Positions 1-10,828 of a stretch of 18,224 nucleotides of DNA are shown one piece after another. Origin of the DNA: Octopus sinensis. Its lineage: Eukaryota. The DNA lies in NCBI RefSeq assembly GCF_006345805.1, contig NW_021824622.1:1-18224 (forward strand), in the 5' to 3' direction. Under the pieces are notes generated by a model. The model did not search any database. It was not told the DNA's origin and saw nothing but the letters and a program-made list of their open reading frames with translations. How positions within the stretch are numbered: the stretch's first letter is position 1; the number at the start of each line of letters is the position of its first letter. The position numbers were made by a program, and so were the translations under genes.

Positions 1-33
<33 letters not shown>

Positions 34-129
34 AGAAGAAGAGTCATAACTTGGATCTCCTTTGGAACGCACAGGCAAAACTCCAGGTTGTCAAGAGACT
101 TGACGCAACCCAATACGATAACATTTATA

Positions 130-179
<50 letters not shown>

Positions 180-329
180 GGGGCATATATTTAAATGAAA
201 AAAGTTTATGGATTTTTTCTCTTATGAGTTTTTCACGCTAACTACTTGATAATTTCTTATGAAGATTTTATCCTATTTTTAAATTACATATATATATATA
301 TCTTATTCTGTATTAAGGAGACGTTCTCC

Positions 330-895
330 ATGGCCTTTGAAACAATCTACAATCCTGCTGAAGTCAATGCTCTTAATTTTCTGCCTAAATTGTTGCGCGT
401 CAACACCTGCTGGAACTGGAATAGCATGAGCAACGAGAAGATTGCTTAAGGTCGATGTTCCGGAGAGCTAGTACTGGGTTTAATACTTAGAGGAGGCCGA
501 GAATTTTGAATGCACCAATTGTGATGCGAACTGGAAACTTGAGTGTGTCGGAGAAGATGCTAAATTGGTGAACATACGGGACCAGTCAGTTCCATGGAAC
601 GGAGGTTATTAAAGTAGCTATATTAAAGACAGAGAAAGAAGACAATACACACGTTGGAGTGTGTCAGTTAGTGATAGAAGATCAGTTTGCTGAGCGGCCC
701 TTCTCTGGATGCAGTGCAGGATGTCTGTATGCGTAGTAGCAGCAGGGTCCCAGATATGGGAAGCAGTAGTCCACTTTCGTGGACTCTGCTTAGCGTCAGC
801 AGCTGTTGGCAGTGGGGAGGTCTGAAATATTTTCTGAACCTGGAGAGAAGGGCCAGACTTTGGTATGAAGGGCTGTGTAATGCACAAAAGCATCC
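330..895 (-). mobile_element. Decayed non-LTR retrotransposon (CR1/L2/Jockey group) fragment: C-terminal part of ORF2 reverse transcriptase, with frameshifts and stops
   Basis: Minus-strand frames pieced together read QSLALLSRFRKYF..QQLLTL / AKQSPRKWTTASHIWDPAATTHTDILHCIQRRA..SLTDTLQ / LCL*YSYFNNLRSMELTG..HLLRHTQVSSSHHNWCIQ / TSTLSNLLVAHAIPVP. This follows the order of the known RT C-terminal motifs of this group (LL.LYKAQ.RP.LEYCSHIW, LD.IQRRA, SL.LFYRY, R.S.LWN.LP). Family assignment is by recalled motif, not by a search. Confidence 0.75.
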
Positions 896-1042
896 TTTGC
901 ACACAGGCACGCACGAATACACACACACACACACATACACACACACACACACACACATGAACTATTTAATATGTTTATCGTTGAAAGGTCAGGGGTTGGC
1001 CTGGTCCTATAGAAGTAGTGTGTTGTTAGAAAGCACAATATA

Positions 1043-1121
1043 AGCGTGGCTGTATGGCAAAAAACTTGCTTCCCAACCACATGGTTCCGGGTTCGGTTCC
1101 CCTGTTTGGCACCTTGGGAAA
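1043..1121 (+). mobile_element. tRNA-derived SINE, family A (CORE-like), 5' head only
   Basis: gcgtggctgtatgg (A box-like) ... ggttcggttccc (B box-like) ... gcaccttgggaa; matches the heads at 8361 and 16236. Confidence 0.8.
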
Positions 1122-2070
1122 TTTTTTGTCTCTCTTTCTCTCCCTCTCTTTCTCTTTCTCTCTTTCTATTTCTCTCCCTCTCTCTCCTCGCTACTACCCT
1201 CACCGTCTCTATGCCTATTATTACTCTCACCCCAACACGAGGAAGTGTCTTTGAATAGTGAGTGAGGGAGTCAAAGTGTGACACACTGACACACAGAAAT
1301 TAGTTTTTGCATTTATTATATTAGATGTATGTGCACATACATACATACATACATACATACATAATGTTTGTATTCATATACACAGATAAATATAGTAAGA
1401 ACATGACGAAAGACGTGAAAATATCAACGTCTAGATATCTCGCCGTTGCTTTGAAAGTCATTTTGTGAACGCACACGAATAAATTTTATTTGCTCAACAA
1501 ATAAATATACACAGATTATACATATATAATATATTACAGCTTTATTATCTCGTAACCACTAATTCAATATGCTTAACACATCATCATTTAGTCTTATCAA
1601 CACTCTGGCAATTATTAGTACCAACAGATCAGATGTTGTTTACTAAAAGGCTAATACACCTCATATTATATTCAAATTTCGTTCAATAAATCCGACATCG
1701 GTCTCAGAAATTGCTTAATAGAGCAGACATAGTCCTTAAATTAAAGATAACAGACTAGACATTGGCATCAAAGATTGTTTAATATACGAGATATTTTCCA
1801 CAAATATTAGCTAATAAACCTGACATTTTCACCAATTACTATTACCTTGCAGAAACAGACGTTTTATTACATTCTTTTTCTTTTGTGAAATGATACATTA
1901 TATTTCGGAGACGTCAAACTTGTGAAATACAGAGCAATGGTTTAGTTAATGCTCATGTATTTAAAGCTGGAGAAAAAAAAGTTATGCGGCGAAGAAAATG
2001 ATATATATTATATATAAAATATATATATATATATATAATTCTTCGCCCGCTTATATAATATATATATAAA

Positions 2071-2116
<46 letters not shown>

Positions 2117-2217
2117 GAGGGGTATATTGATATGCACCTATTTAAATGAATATTATGTATTTTCTGTTTCTGTATGTGGATGAAAAATTATATATATATA
2201 TAATAACTATATATATT

Positions 2218-2364
2218 CCGTCGTGGTCGACTTTGCCTTTCATCCTTTCGGGGTCGATTACATAAGTAGTTACACACTGGGGTCGATATGATCGACTTAA
2301 TCCGTGTGTCAGTCCTTGTTCGTCCTCTCTGTGTTTAGCCCCTTGTGGGTAGTAAAGAAATAGG
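2218..2364 (+). mobile_element. SINE family B (Deu/Nin-like core), 5'-truncated
   Basis: ggtcgactttgcctttcatcctttcggggtcgat...tttagccccttgtgggtagtaaagaaata is near-identical to the 3' two-thirds of 10337-10564. Confidence 0.85.
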
Positions 2365-2526
2365 TTTGTTTACGTTTGTAACTTAGCTGTTCGGCAGAAG
2401 ACACCGCTGAGTAAATACTAGATTTTCAAAAGTTAAGCACTGGGGTGTGGGCGATTTTTTCGACTAAACCTTTTCAAGGTTTTGCTCCAACATGGCCGCC
2501 GTGCAGTGACTAAAACAAGTAGAAGA
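2365..2526 (+). mobile_element. SINE family A, diverged 3' half, directly abutting the family B copy
   Basis: gtttacg..taacttagctgttcggca...gctccaacatggccgc...tgactaaaacaagta aligns by eye to 16525-16670. Confidence 0.7.
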
Positions 2527-2979
2527 TTTTGAAAATCTATGAAAAAATTATTTGATTCTTTGCTTCTGAAACGAAGAAAAGAAATATATTTGTGTGTGTT
2601 TACTTATTAGTCTTTCATGTTTGGTAAGGACCAACTGAGTTTCATTGGTCTTGCTCTCCTCATCTCAGTGAAATACTTAAACATAAAATGCAACCATCAC
2701 CACCACTGTTGTTGGTGCGTTTTAGTAGACAGCAAAATGACTATGGGAATAAAATTGCAACTAAAATCATCGCCGGATTTATAATTGTTTCACGGTTAAC
2801 TCCCTATTACGTAAGTATATTATTCTTAGCATGCTGTACGTATGTAGGTTGATTTTTTGGGGTGGGGGGATTATATTTTTAGTTTGCTTATAAATAAATC
2901 TTCCATATTCACTTTATTTTTTTGGTAGAGGTAGTGGTAAATTGTATACAAAAATATACAAAATAACGCAGGCACAAAC

Positions 2980-3048
<69 letters not shown>

Positions 3049-3050
3049 TT
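2980..3050. repeat. (TA)n microsatellite; further TA arrays at about 125-180, 4970-5020, 9595-9690, 15000-15190, 16840-16882
   Basis: Directly visible dinucleotide arrays. Confidence 0.95.
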
Positions 3051-3299
3051 AACCAGGTTAATTTTCCACTCGGGGTCTATCTATCTAAATTCATGTAAGA
3101 TATTTCTGCTCTCCGCCAATTATTGGTGGTGGCGATGGTTGCATTTTATATTTTATCATTATATATATATATTATATTATATTCATTTATTTGTTTATTT
3201 GTTTATCTATTTATTGACGGTAGGTAGTTATGTTGTGACGATGGTAATGGTGCGGTTAATTGTAGTGGAGATGTTAGTATTGGATCGGAGATGCTAGTT

Positions 3300-4010
3300 T
3301 ACCGTGGTTGTTCCGTCTGTGGAGATGATAGTTGAAGTATGTGATGGTATGTGATGGTGATGTAGGTGTTACTAGTGGCGACGTTACTAGTGGTGATGAT
3401 GTTAGTCTTAGCACTGACATTTGTAGTGGTGGTGGTGGTGGTGGTGGTGGTGGTTGGGGGGGGTATTTGTGATGAAGGGATGTTACAGATGGTGGTGGTG
3501 GTGGCGGTGGTGGTGGTTGCAGTGGTGCCGTTAGTGGAGCTAGTGGCGTTACTAATGGTGATGTCGGTGGCGGGGATGGTGAAACTAGTGGCGGTAGTGG
3601 TGAACAGGGTTAGTAGCAAAAGTGGTATAGGTAGAAGTGGCATAACAGTGGATAGCACTGTGTGTAGTGTTGGCGACGGAAGGGCGCGGTGGAGACCGTA
3701 TATAACTTATTTACTACTACTACTACTACTACTACTACTGCTGCTGCTGCTGTGCTGCTGCTGCTGCTGCTACTACTACTACTACTACTACTAGGGATAC
3801 TACTACTACTACAACTACCGCTACTACTACAACTAATACTACTGCCAGAGTTGCTGCTACTACTACTACTACTATTACTGATACTGCTGCTACTACTATT
3901 AATACTAGTGGATATTTGTTTGTATGCTATAACTTCGTATTCTTTTTGCCGGCACACACACCTTCATCAGCACCTCCACCATCACCACCACCACCACCAC
4001 TGCCATTAGC
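3300..4010. repeat. Compound, partly cryptic trinucleotide repeat region: (GTG/GTA/GGC)n, then (TAC)n/(TGC)n, then (CAC)n
   Basis: Directly visible; accounts for the poly-V, poly-L, poly-T, poly-S and poly-H ORFs in the track. Confidence 0.9.
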
Positions 4011-4419
4011 ATCAGAGCACCCGGTACCCACTCACCACCTGTCTGTGTTAATAACACACACACACACACACACACACACTCGTATCCACGTATACACCCT
4101 TTGCAGGACGGGTGCCAAAATGTACAGCACCATTCCGTTGAGAGAACTTAGTAATCATGAACAGAAAACATACTCTCTCTCAAAAACACACACACGCACA
4201 CATACACAAAAATACATATACATACCTGTATACCTACATATATATAATATATATATATAGACACACACAGATATACATATGTACGCACTCATACACATAT
4301 CCGAATTCGAGGTTTCCCTTCGTCCTTATTCACAGTTTCGTATCTTCACTTTCTGTTGTGCAATCGTGTTAATAAGTAAGTTCTCTTGGTGTCTATGTGT
4401 GTGTGTGAATTCCCCACTC

Positions 4420-4424
4420 TCTCT

Positions 4425-4468
<44 letters not shown>

Positions 4469-4475
4469 ATCTATC

Positions 4476-4507
<32 letters not shown>

Positions 4508-4553
4508 ATCTATATCATCTGTGTGCAGCCTGTGTGGCTAATAAAGAAACATA

Positions 4554-4593
<40 letters not shown>

Positions 4594-4720
4594 TATCTGT
4601 CGTCTGTATGTTCTATCTATCTATCTATCTATCTATCTATATATATCCATCTCTTTCTTTCTCTATCTCTCTCTCCTCTCTCTATCGCTTTCTCTCTCTC
4701 CTCTCTCTCTCTCTCTCTCT
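4420..4720. repeat. Compound (TCTA)n/(TCTG)n/(CT)n microsatellite
   Basis: Directly visible tetranucleotide and dinucleotide arrays. Confidence 0.95.
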
Positions 4721-4881
4721 GGTATATATATATAATTATATATACACAAACACACACACATATACTTACAAAGATATATATATATATCTATGCGCACATG
4801 TATGTATCGCTCAATATATATTTATACACACACGCACACACACACACACATGCTTACACTTGTGTATACTGAACGTGTATG

Positions 4882-4964
4882 CATTAGAGAGTGAATGTTT
4901 ATGCAAATGGATATATATATATATTATATATATATCCATTTGCATAAACATTCACTCTCTAATG
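4882..4964. repeat. Perfect inverted repeat (83 bp): 29-bp unique arms around a TA-repeat centre
   Basis: cattagagagtgaatgtttatgcaaatgg (4882-4910) is the exact reverse complement of ccatttgcataaacattcactctctaatg (4936-4964). The intervening TA run extends pairing to 40 bp with a 3-nt loop (4922-4924). Confidence 0.95.
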
Positions 4965-4968
4965 TACA

Positions 4969-5022
<54 letters not shown>

Positions 5023-5275
5023 ATGTAATAAATAATATATGCATACATACATACATAAATATATGTACGTACTACATCTACATGTATATATATTGAAAGA
5101 ATGGTTCGGAAGAATTATGCGAAAGAAGAGCCTAGCTCTTTGCAGATCTGTGTGCAAATTAGAGTTTCGTTACAGCAGACCGATTGATGGCGAGACGAGA
5201 GATAAGACTCTTTTAACCGCTCACAGGATTATTACTCTTGTTGATAGATATGTATCAGAAATGATAACGTTAACA

Positions 5276-5354
5276 CACACACATCACACACACACATCAC
5301 ACACACACACACACACACACATACACACATCACTCACATCACGCACGCGCACAT

Positions 5355-5385
<31 letters not shown>

Positions 5386-5700
5386 TCATACACACACACA
5401 CACATCACACACACACACACATCACCCACACACACACACATCACACACACACACACATCACACCACACCACATCACACACAACACATCACACACATACAC
5501 ACACACGCACAACACACATCACACACGCACACATCACACACACACATCACACACACATCACACACACACACACAAGCACACACACATCACACATCACACA
5601 CACACATAACACACACACACATACATCACACACACACACACACACACATCACACACACACACATCACACACACACACACACACACATACACACATACACA
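5276..5700. repeat. (CA)n-derived minisatellite with a recurring ACATC(AC)n unit
   Basis: The motif cacatcacacac recurs throughout about 420 bp; source of the His/Thr-rich ORF 5039-5794. Confidence 0.9.
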
Positions 5701-6074
5701 CATCGCACTCATACTCATGCATAATACAAAGATGTATGTACATACATTATACAATCATGTACATATGTATGTATGTATGTGTGTGTGTGTGTGAGTGTGT
5801 GTGTTTGTGTGTGTGTGTGCATGCGCATGGGGTTGCATTCATTGTACTTTTCGCGCTTTTCTTAATAAAATATATTTACTAAAATATTTTGCTTTCGTTT
5901 GATCTTCGTCTTCTCTCTCACACTATATATATATCTCTCTCTCTCTTTCTCTCTCTAAATATGTGTGTGTTTGTATATATGTATGTCTATATATGTGTGT
6001 ATATTTATATATATATATATATGTGTGTATGTATAGATGTATGCCTATTTATATATGTATACATATATATATGT

Positions 6075-6107
<33 letters not shown>

Positions 6108-6141
6108 CACACATACATAAGAGAACTCGGCCTGGAATTAA

Positions 6142-6221
6142 AATAGAAGATGCCGCATTACGGGCCTGAACCTGAAACCACGTGGTGATGAAGCGAGGTT
6201 CTTAACCACCCAGCCATGTCT
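6142..6221 (-). mobile_element. SINE family A, diverged 5' head
   Basis: atagaaga..gggcctgaacctgaaaccacgtgg..ttcttaaccacccagccatg resembles the reverse complement of the head at 8361-8450. Confidence 0.55.
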
Positions 6222-6844
6222 AGTTGTTGAACTTGTTATAGAACTAGCAGCCAAATCTTTCCGTCTCTCCCTTCAAATTATATTTTGCTCTCTTAAAAAA
6301 AAAAAAAACTTGGACACTTTGCATAATATTATCTTGTGCAACCTGCGCATGAGAAATAAATGTGACAGTCACGGCTGAAATGCTACTTATTATAGACCAA
6401 TGCTGACCTTGCTGACCTAAGCAACAACCATGAATATATTTATTTTTTTTACTTAAAACAAACATGGGCTAAGGGAAATTGGTTAGCTTCACGAATTTGG
6501 ACAACAAAGACTAAGAAATAAAGCCACATTAATTACCATAAAAGGTAAATTCTTGATGTATTGAAATTATCTTCGTTTCTAAAGATGGTGAACAAACGCT
6601 AAGTGGCAACTGCGACCGACTTCAAACGAAACGGAAATAATAATCTTAAAAATGAGAAATTCTAAGGAACTGATTATGCCATTAAGGAAAAAGAAGTAGG
6701 TCTTCTTTCTTTCCCAGGAGAGAAAAGGGCAAGTGGGTGTTTATTTCTTCCTCAACAAGCGTTAACAGCACAGCACTTGCTCTACCTCATCTACCCCAGT
6801 CAGAAGACTCGAACATATATGCCTAAATTTCTAGAATGGCATTA

Positions 6845-6854
6845 CCAGCAGCGA

Positions 6855-6917
<63 letters not shown>

Positions 6918-7276
6918 ACTGTAGTAACACCAGCGGTAGCAGCAGCAATGGCAATATCAGCTGCCGTAACAGCAGCGTTATTATTATTATTATTAGTAGT
7001 AGTAGTAAGGTGGCGAGCTGGCAGAATCGTTAACATGTCGGGCGAAATAAATGCTTAACGGCATTTCGTCTGTCTTCAAGTTCTGAGTTCAAATTCCGCC
7101 GAGGTCGACTTTGCCTTTCATCCTCTCGGGATCGAAAAAACAAGTACCAGTGGAGCACTGAGGTCGATATAATCGACTTACGCCCTCCCCACAAATTTTA
7201 GGCCTTGTGCCTATGGTAGAAATTATTATTATTATCATTATTATTATTATTATTATTATTATCATTATTATTATTA

Positions 7277-7311
<35 letters not shown>

Positions 7312-7430
7312 TAGCGGTAATAGAAGCAGCAACAGCAACATCCGCTGCAGTAACAGCAGCAGCAGTAGCTATGGCAACGTCAGCTTCAGTAACAGCAGTG
7401 CTAGTAGTAGTAGTAGTAGTAGTAGTAGCC
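6845..7430. repeat. (TAC)n, (TTA)n and (TAG)n arrays plus about three copies of a degenerate 40-45 bp AGC-rich unit, interrupted by a SINE
   Basis: Related units agcagcaatggcaatatcagctgccgtaacagcag (about 6940-6975), agcagcaacagcaacatccgctgcagtaacagcag (about 7325-7360) and agtagctatggcaacgtcagcttcagtaacagcag (about 7365-7400). Confidence 0.8.
7008..7222 (+). mobile_element. Full-length SINE family B (tRNA head plus Deu/Nin-like core), different 3' end, followed by a (TTA)n tail
   Basis: ggcgagctggcagaatcgtta (A box region), gagttcaaattcc (B box), core gaggtcgactttgcctttcatcc. The 3' end (ccctccccacaaattttaggccttgtgcc) differs from the copies at 2218, 10337 and 10829. Confidence 0.88.
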
Positions 7431-8084
7431 GCAAATGCATTGTTCGACGCACTGAGAATTCAACCGATTTCTATTTCCTCTTCTACATAATATTTTGTCT
7501 ACATTATAAACAAAATGTTGGGGAAAAAATCTTGACAAAAGAAAAAGGAAATGCAATAGGCCAGAAAAAAAAATATATAAATAGTTCGCTGTTGTCTGAC
7601 GTAACTAATGGATGCAACAAAGCAATATTGCTACTGAAAAGACGGAACTAATCTTTAAAAAAAATAACAAAGAAAACAAACACACACAAAGACACACAGA
7701 CAGACATCTGAGATCAACTGATCACATATTTATAGAGAGAGACGACACTAATCGATAACCGATAATTGACTGCCAGCCTAAGAAGAAATGGTCTAATTTA
7801 TGTAGCAGGGGTGTTAATGGTGGTGATGGTGGTGGTGTTATTGTTGTTATTGTTGTTGTAGTGGTGGTGGGGTGGTGGTGGTGGTGGTGGTGGCAGCGGA
7901 AAAGGGTGGTAGGGGGAAGAACCTAATTACTAAATTATCCAATGGATATATGGGGGCAGACGAGGCGTTAACGGCTTTGTAATTAGACGAGATTAAGCGA
8001 TAATTGACTTTGTACACAGGCGAAACTAATTGATAGCGCATAGATAAGCGTGTCTAAGCGATTGTGCTTAAATGACCATAGTGT

Positions 8085-8119
<35 letters not shown>

Positions 8120-8139
8120 ATTGAAACGGTTGTTTTATA

Positions 8140-8330
8140 CTGTTACTTGTTTCAATCATTCATTTGCGCCTTATTGGGTTTTCATAGAACACATCAGCCT
8201 CTGTACTTTTTTGTGATTTTTTTTAAAGTATTATTCTTGTGCTATCGATCTTTTAGCTGAACCGCTAAAAAGACGTAAACAACTCAACACCGGTTGTTAA
8301 ATGGTGGTGGTGGTGGGGGGACAAACACGG
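8140..8330 (-). mobile_element. SINE family A, diverged 3' half
   Basis: ttacttgtttcaatcatt...gctgaaccgctaa..gacgtaaac..ccggttg..ggggacaaacac resembles the reverse complement of 16490-16670. Confidence 0.7.
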
Positions 8331-8539
8331 TATGAACACAAAGATGCACACACACAAACGGGCGTAGGCGTGGCTGTGTGGTAAGTTTGCTTCCCAGCCA
8401 CATGGTTCCGGGTTCAGTCCCACTGCGTGGCACCTTGGGCATGTGTTCTCCCCTGTAGCCTCAGGCCGGCCAAAACCTTGTCAGTGGACTTGGTAGACGG
8501 AAACTGAGAGGAGCCTGCCATGTATATATATGTGACCGC

Positions 8540-8734
8540 GTGTGTACCGTTGGCGATCTTTTCCCTCTGTCCTCCCTTCTCTGGATCTTTCCTTCTCCTA
8601 TTTTTCCGACGAAGAGCTCCGCTCGAAACGTTAAACCCCACTTCTTTTATTCTTTCCTGAGCGTCTAATAATACTATATTTGTTCCACGTCCTCACGTTG
8701 TTGTATTTTTTGTGCTTTCATGTTTGGATTAACT

Positions 8735-8735
<1 letters not shown>
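8540..8735 (+). mobile_element. Probable Penelope-like element terminal-repeat fragment inserted in the SINE's internal microsatellite
   Basis: About 195 bp of non-SINE sequence flanked by TA/TATG repeats and containing a hammerhead-type core. No GIY-YIG or RT coding sequence is visible, so the PLE call rests on the known association of minimal hammerheads with PLE terminal repeats. Confidence 0.5.
8602..8636 (+). ncRNA. Minimal type-I hammerhead ribozyme motif, variant core (CCGACGA, U4 to C)
   Basis: ttt-CCGACGA-a-gagc(tcc)gctc-GAAA-cg-TT-aaa: 4-bp stem II, GAAA at 8625-8628, palindromic ACGT stem III, GUU triplet, stem I ttt (8603-8605) pairing with aaa (8633-8635). Confidence 0.6.
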
Positions 8736-8771
<36 letters not shown>

Positions 8772-8959
8772 TGTATGTATGTGTGTGTGTGTGTGTGTGG
8801 TGTGTATGTGTGTGTGTGTGTATGTATATATGTGTGTGTGTGTGTGTGTGTCCGTCCGTCCGTCCGTCCTACCACCGCTTGACAACCGGCAATATTCTTT
8901 CCAGATTCCCGCTACCAAATCTTGTTCACAAGACTTTTACTTGGTTCACTCTATATCTA

Positions 8960-9070
8960 TGGCTGAACTCGATGCCAACGAGTATACGCCTAGTCAGAAA
9001 CTGGTTTATTTTATGATATTACCGGAAGGTAACACTCGATGGTGACGGTGGTATCGAAATTGAAATCACG
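8960..9070 (-). mobile_element. Highly diverged SINE family B fragment
   Basis: aactggtttattttatgatattaccggaagg resembles aactggtacttattttatcgaccccgaaggg at 10920-10950. Confidence 0.4.
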
Positions 9071-9596
9071 CGAGCTTTTCTCTTTTTTTTTTTTTCCTCT
9101 TTGATCACACAGCCATGACTATCGGCAAGGAAGGGCGGATGACATAACATGGAATATTTCGACAAGTTTTATTTTAAAATTCGTTCATTGTGAAAGGGAA
9201 GACGATAGCAATACACCGAAGTAACAACAAAAACAACTGCAGCAGCAGAAGCAGCAGCAAAAATAATAACAACAACAACAACAACAATAATAACACAGCA
9301 ACAGCAGTAACAACTGCAACAACAACAACAACAGACACCAAGAATTTATAGAAAAGCAAAACCTGTCTGTCAGAATGGAAACCAGCCAAACTGGTAACTA
9401 CCCACTAAATACGAACGTTGTCGGAACTCCTGGGACTATGTGTATGTGTATGTGTGTGTACGCGTACACACACACACAAACACTTGTTTATATGTATATC
9501 TATAAATATATACACACATATACACGTTATTTATGTATGTATATATGTGTATTTATATGAATATAGAGATATGTATATATGTGCGTTATATAGGTA

Positions 9597-9693
<97 letters not shown>

Positions 9694-10336
9694 ACAAACA
9701 GACATACACGTTCGTAAACACACACACGCACATATATATATATATATATATACACATGATGCAGCAGTGAACTAAAAACTAAATTGAATTCTCTTAGTGA
9801 AACTAAAGTCAGGTTAATTATTTGTTTGTTTTACATTTCATGTTGCCAATATTAGAGTATGGCAATTATATTGTTGCTGCTGTTGTTGTCGTTGTTTTGG
9901 CGTTGATGATGATGATGATGACGACGACAATGATGATAGGAATGGCGTGAGGTGATGATACAGACTATGATGATAATTATTGTTCTTGTTATTTTAAAAC
10001 AAGATGACCCTCAGGTCATCCCTGACTGAGGCTACAAGACGTCTAGCCACATAGGTAACATTAGTTATTAAACAGGAACAACGTCAAAATCAGTTACAGC
10101 TGCTAAAAGAATGTCAGTGATGGGACAGAGAACTAAAGCGATGCACTGATGTAGAGGCCAATTGCACAGCGAATTTGACCGTGTCTTTTCTAAAGCTGCA
10201 CAAAAAATAAATATCCATAATGAAATATTGTTTGACCTACACCTTTTTCTATTCTGGCACAAGATTTTCATTTGTTCCTATTATCACAGTTGTGCTGGCC
10301 TATGTAATAGAGACCAGCATAAAAGCCTTGAACTTT

Positions 10337-10564
10337 GCGGAGCTGGCAGAAATGTTAGCACGCCGGGCGAAATGCGTAGCCGTATTTCGTCTGCCGTTAC
10401 GTTCCGAGTTCAAATTCCGTCGAGGTCGACTTTGCCTTTCATCCTTTCGGGGTCGATGAATTAAGTACCAGTTACGCACTGGGGTCGATGTAATCGACTT
10501 AATCCCTTTGTCTGTCCTTGTTTGTCCCTTCTGTGTTTAGCCCCTTGTGGGTAGTAAAGAAATA
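10337..10564 (+). mobile_element. Full-length SINE family B (tRNA head plus Deu/Nin-like core)
   Basis: agctggcagaaatgttagca A box region, gagttcaaattcc B box, core and 3' end gggtagtaaagaaata; roughly 90% identical by eye to the inverted copy at 10829-11056. Confidence 0.92.
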
Positions 10565-10639
10565 TATATTCTTGGGTTTGATGGATAATACTAGCCCAGG
10601 ACGATGGATGAGCGGGAATCGATTTATTGCGCCTAAATT

Positions 10640-10770
10640 CTTCAGGGGTCAGCTTTGCATTTAATCCTTTTTGGTGTCGATAAAAAATGTACCAATGCAG
10701 GGATATTTATTACTGGAACTCGACTTTGTACTCTCTAAGGTCAACTTAACTTTGTCTTTCATCGTTTTGT
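10640..10770 (+). mobile_element. Older fragments of the SINE family B core
   Basis: ggggtcagctttgcatttaatccttttggtgtcgataaaaaatgtacca and aggtcaacttaactttgtctttcatc resemble the family B core. Confidence 0.45.
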
Positions 10771-10828
10771 AATCATCGTCATCAACCCCTGGACAATGCT
10801 GTCTCAAGCTCTAGGATTCATGGATACC

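Larger units (their letters stand above)
8361..8890 (+). mobile_element. SINE family A: head and CORE-like part (8361-8520), internal microsatellite carrying an insertion, start of 3' half (8871-8888)
   Basis: A box tggctgtgtgg, B box ggttcagtccc, gcaccttgggca core; ccaccgcttgacaaccgg matches the start of the 3' half at about 16500. Confidence 0.8.

Noticed and set aside
3964-3970. CTGATGA on the minus strand
   Set aside because: It lies within CAC/CAT trinucleotide repeats, with no stem II or GAAA partner.
4336-4375. AG...GTAAGT-bounded 40-nt exon candidate
   Set aside because: Not a multiple of three, it ends in taataa stop codons, and nothing else supports it.
5128-5146. aagagc-cta-gctctt hairpin resembling stem II of the 8.6 kb hammerhead
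   Set aside because: Neither CTGANGA nor GAAA flanks it.
10075-10340. About 90-codon frame interrupted by a single TGA (GTTSKSVTAAKR...AMH*CRGQLHSEFDR...), considered as a selenoprotein or exon
   Set aside because: No recognised selenoprotein motif, no identifiable SECIS, and no homology I can recognise.
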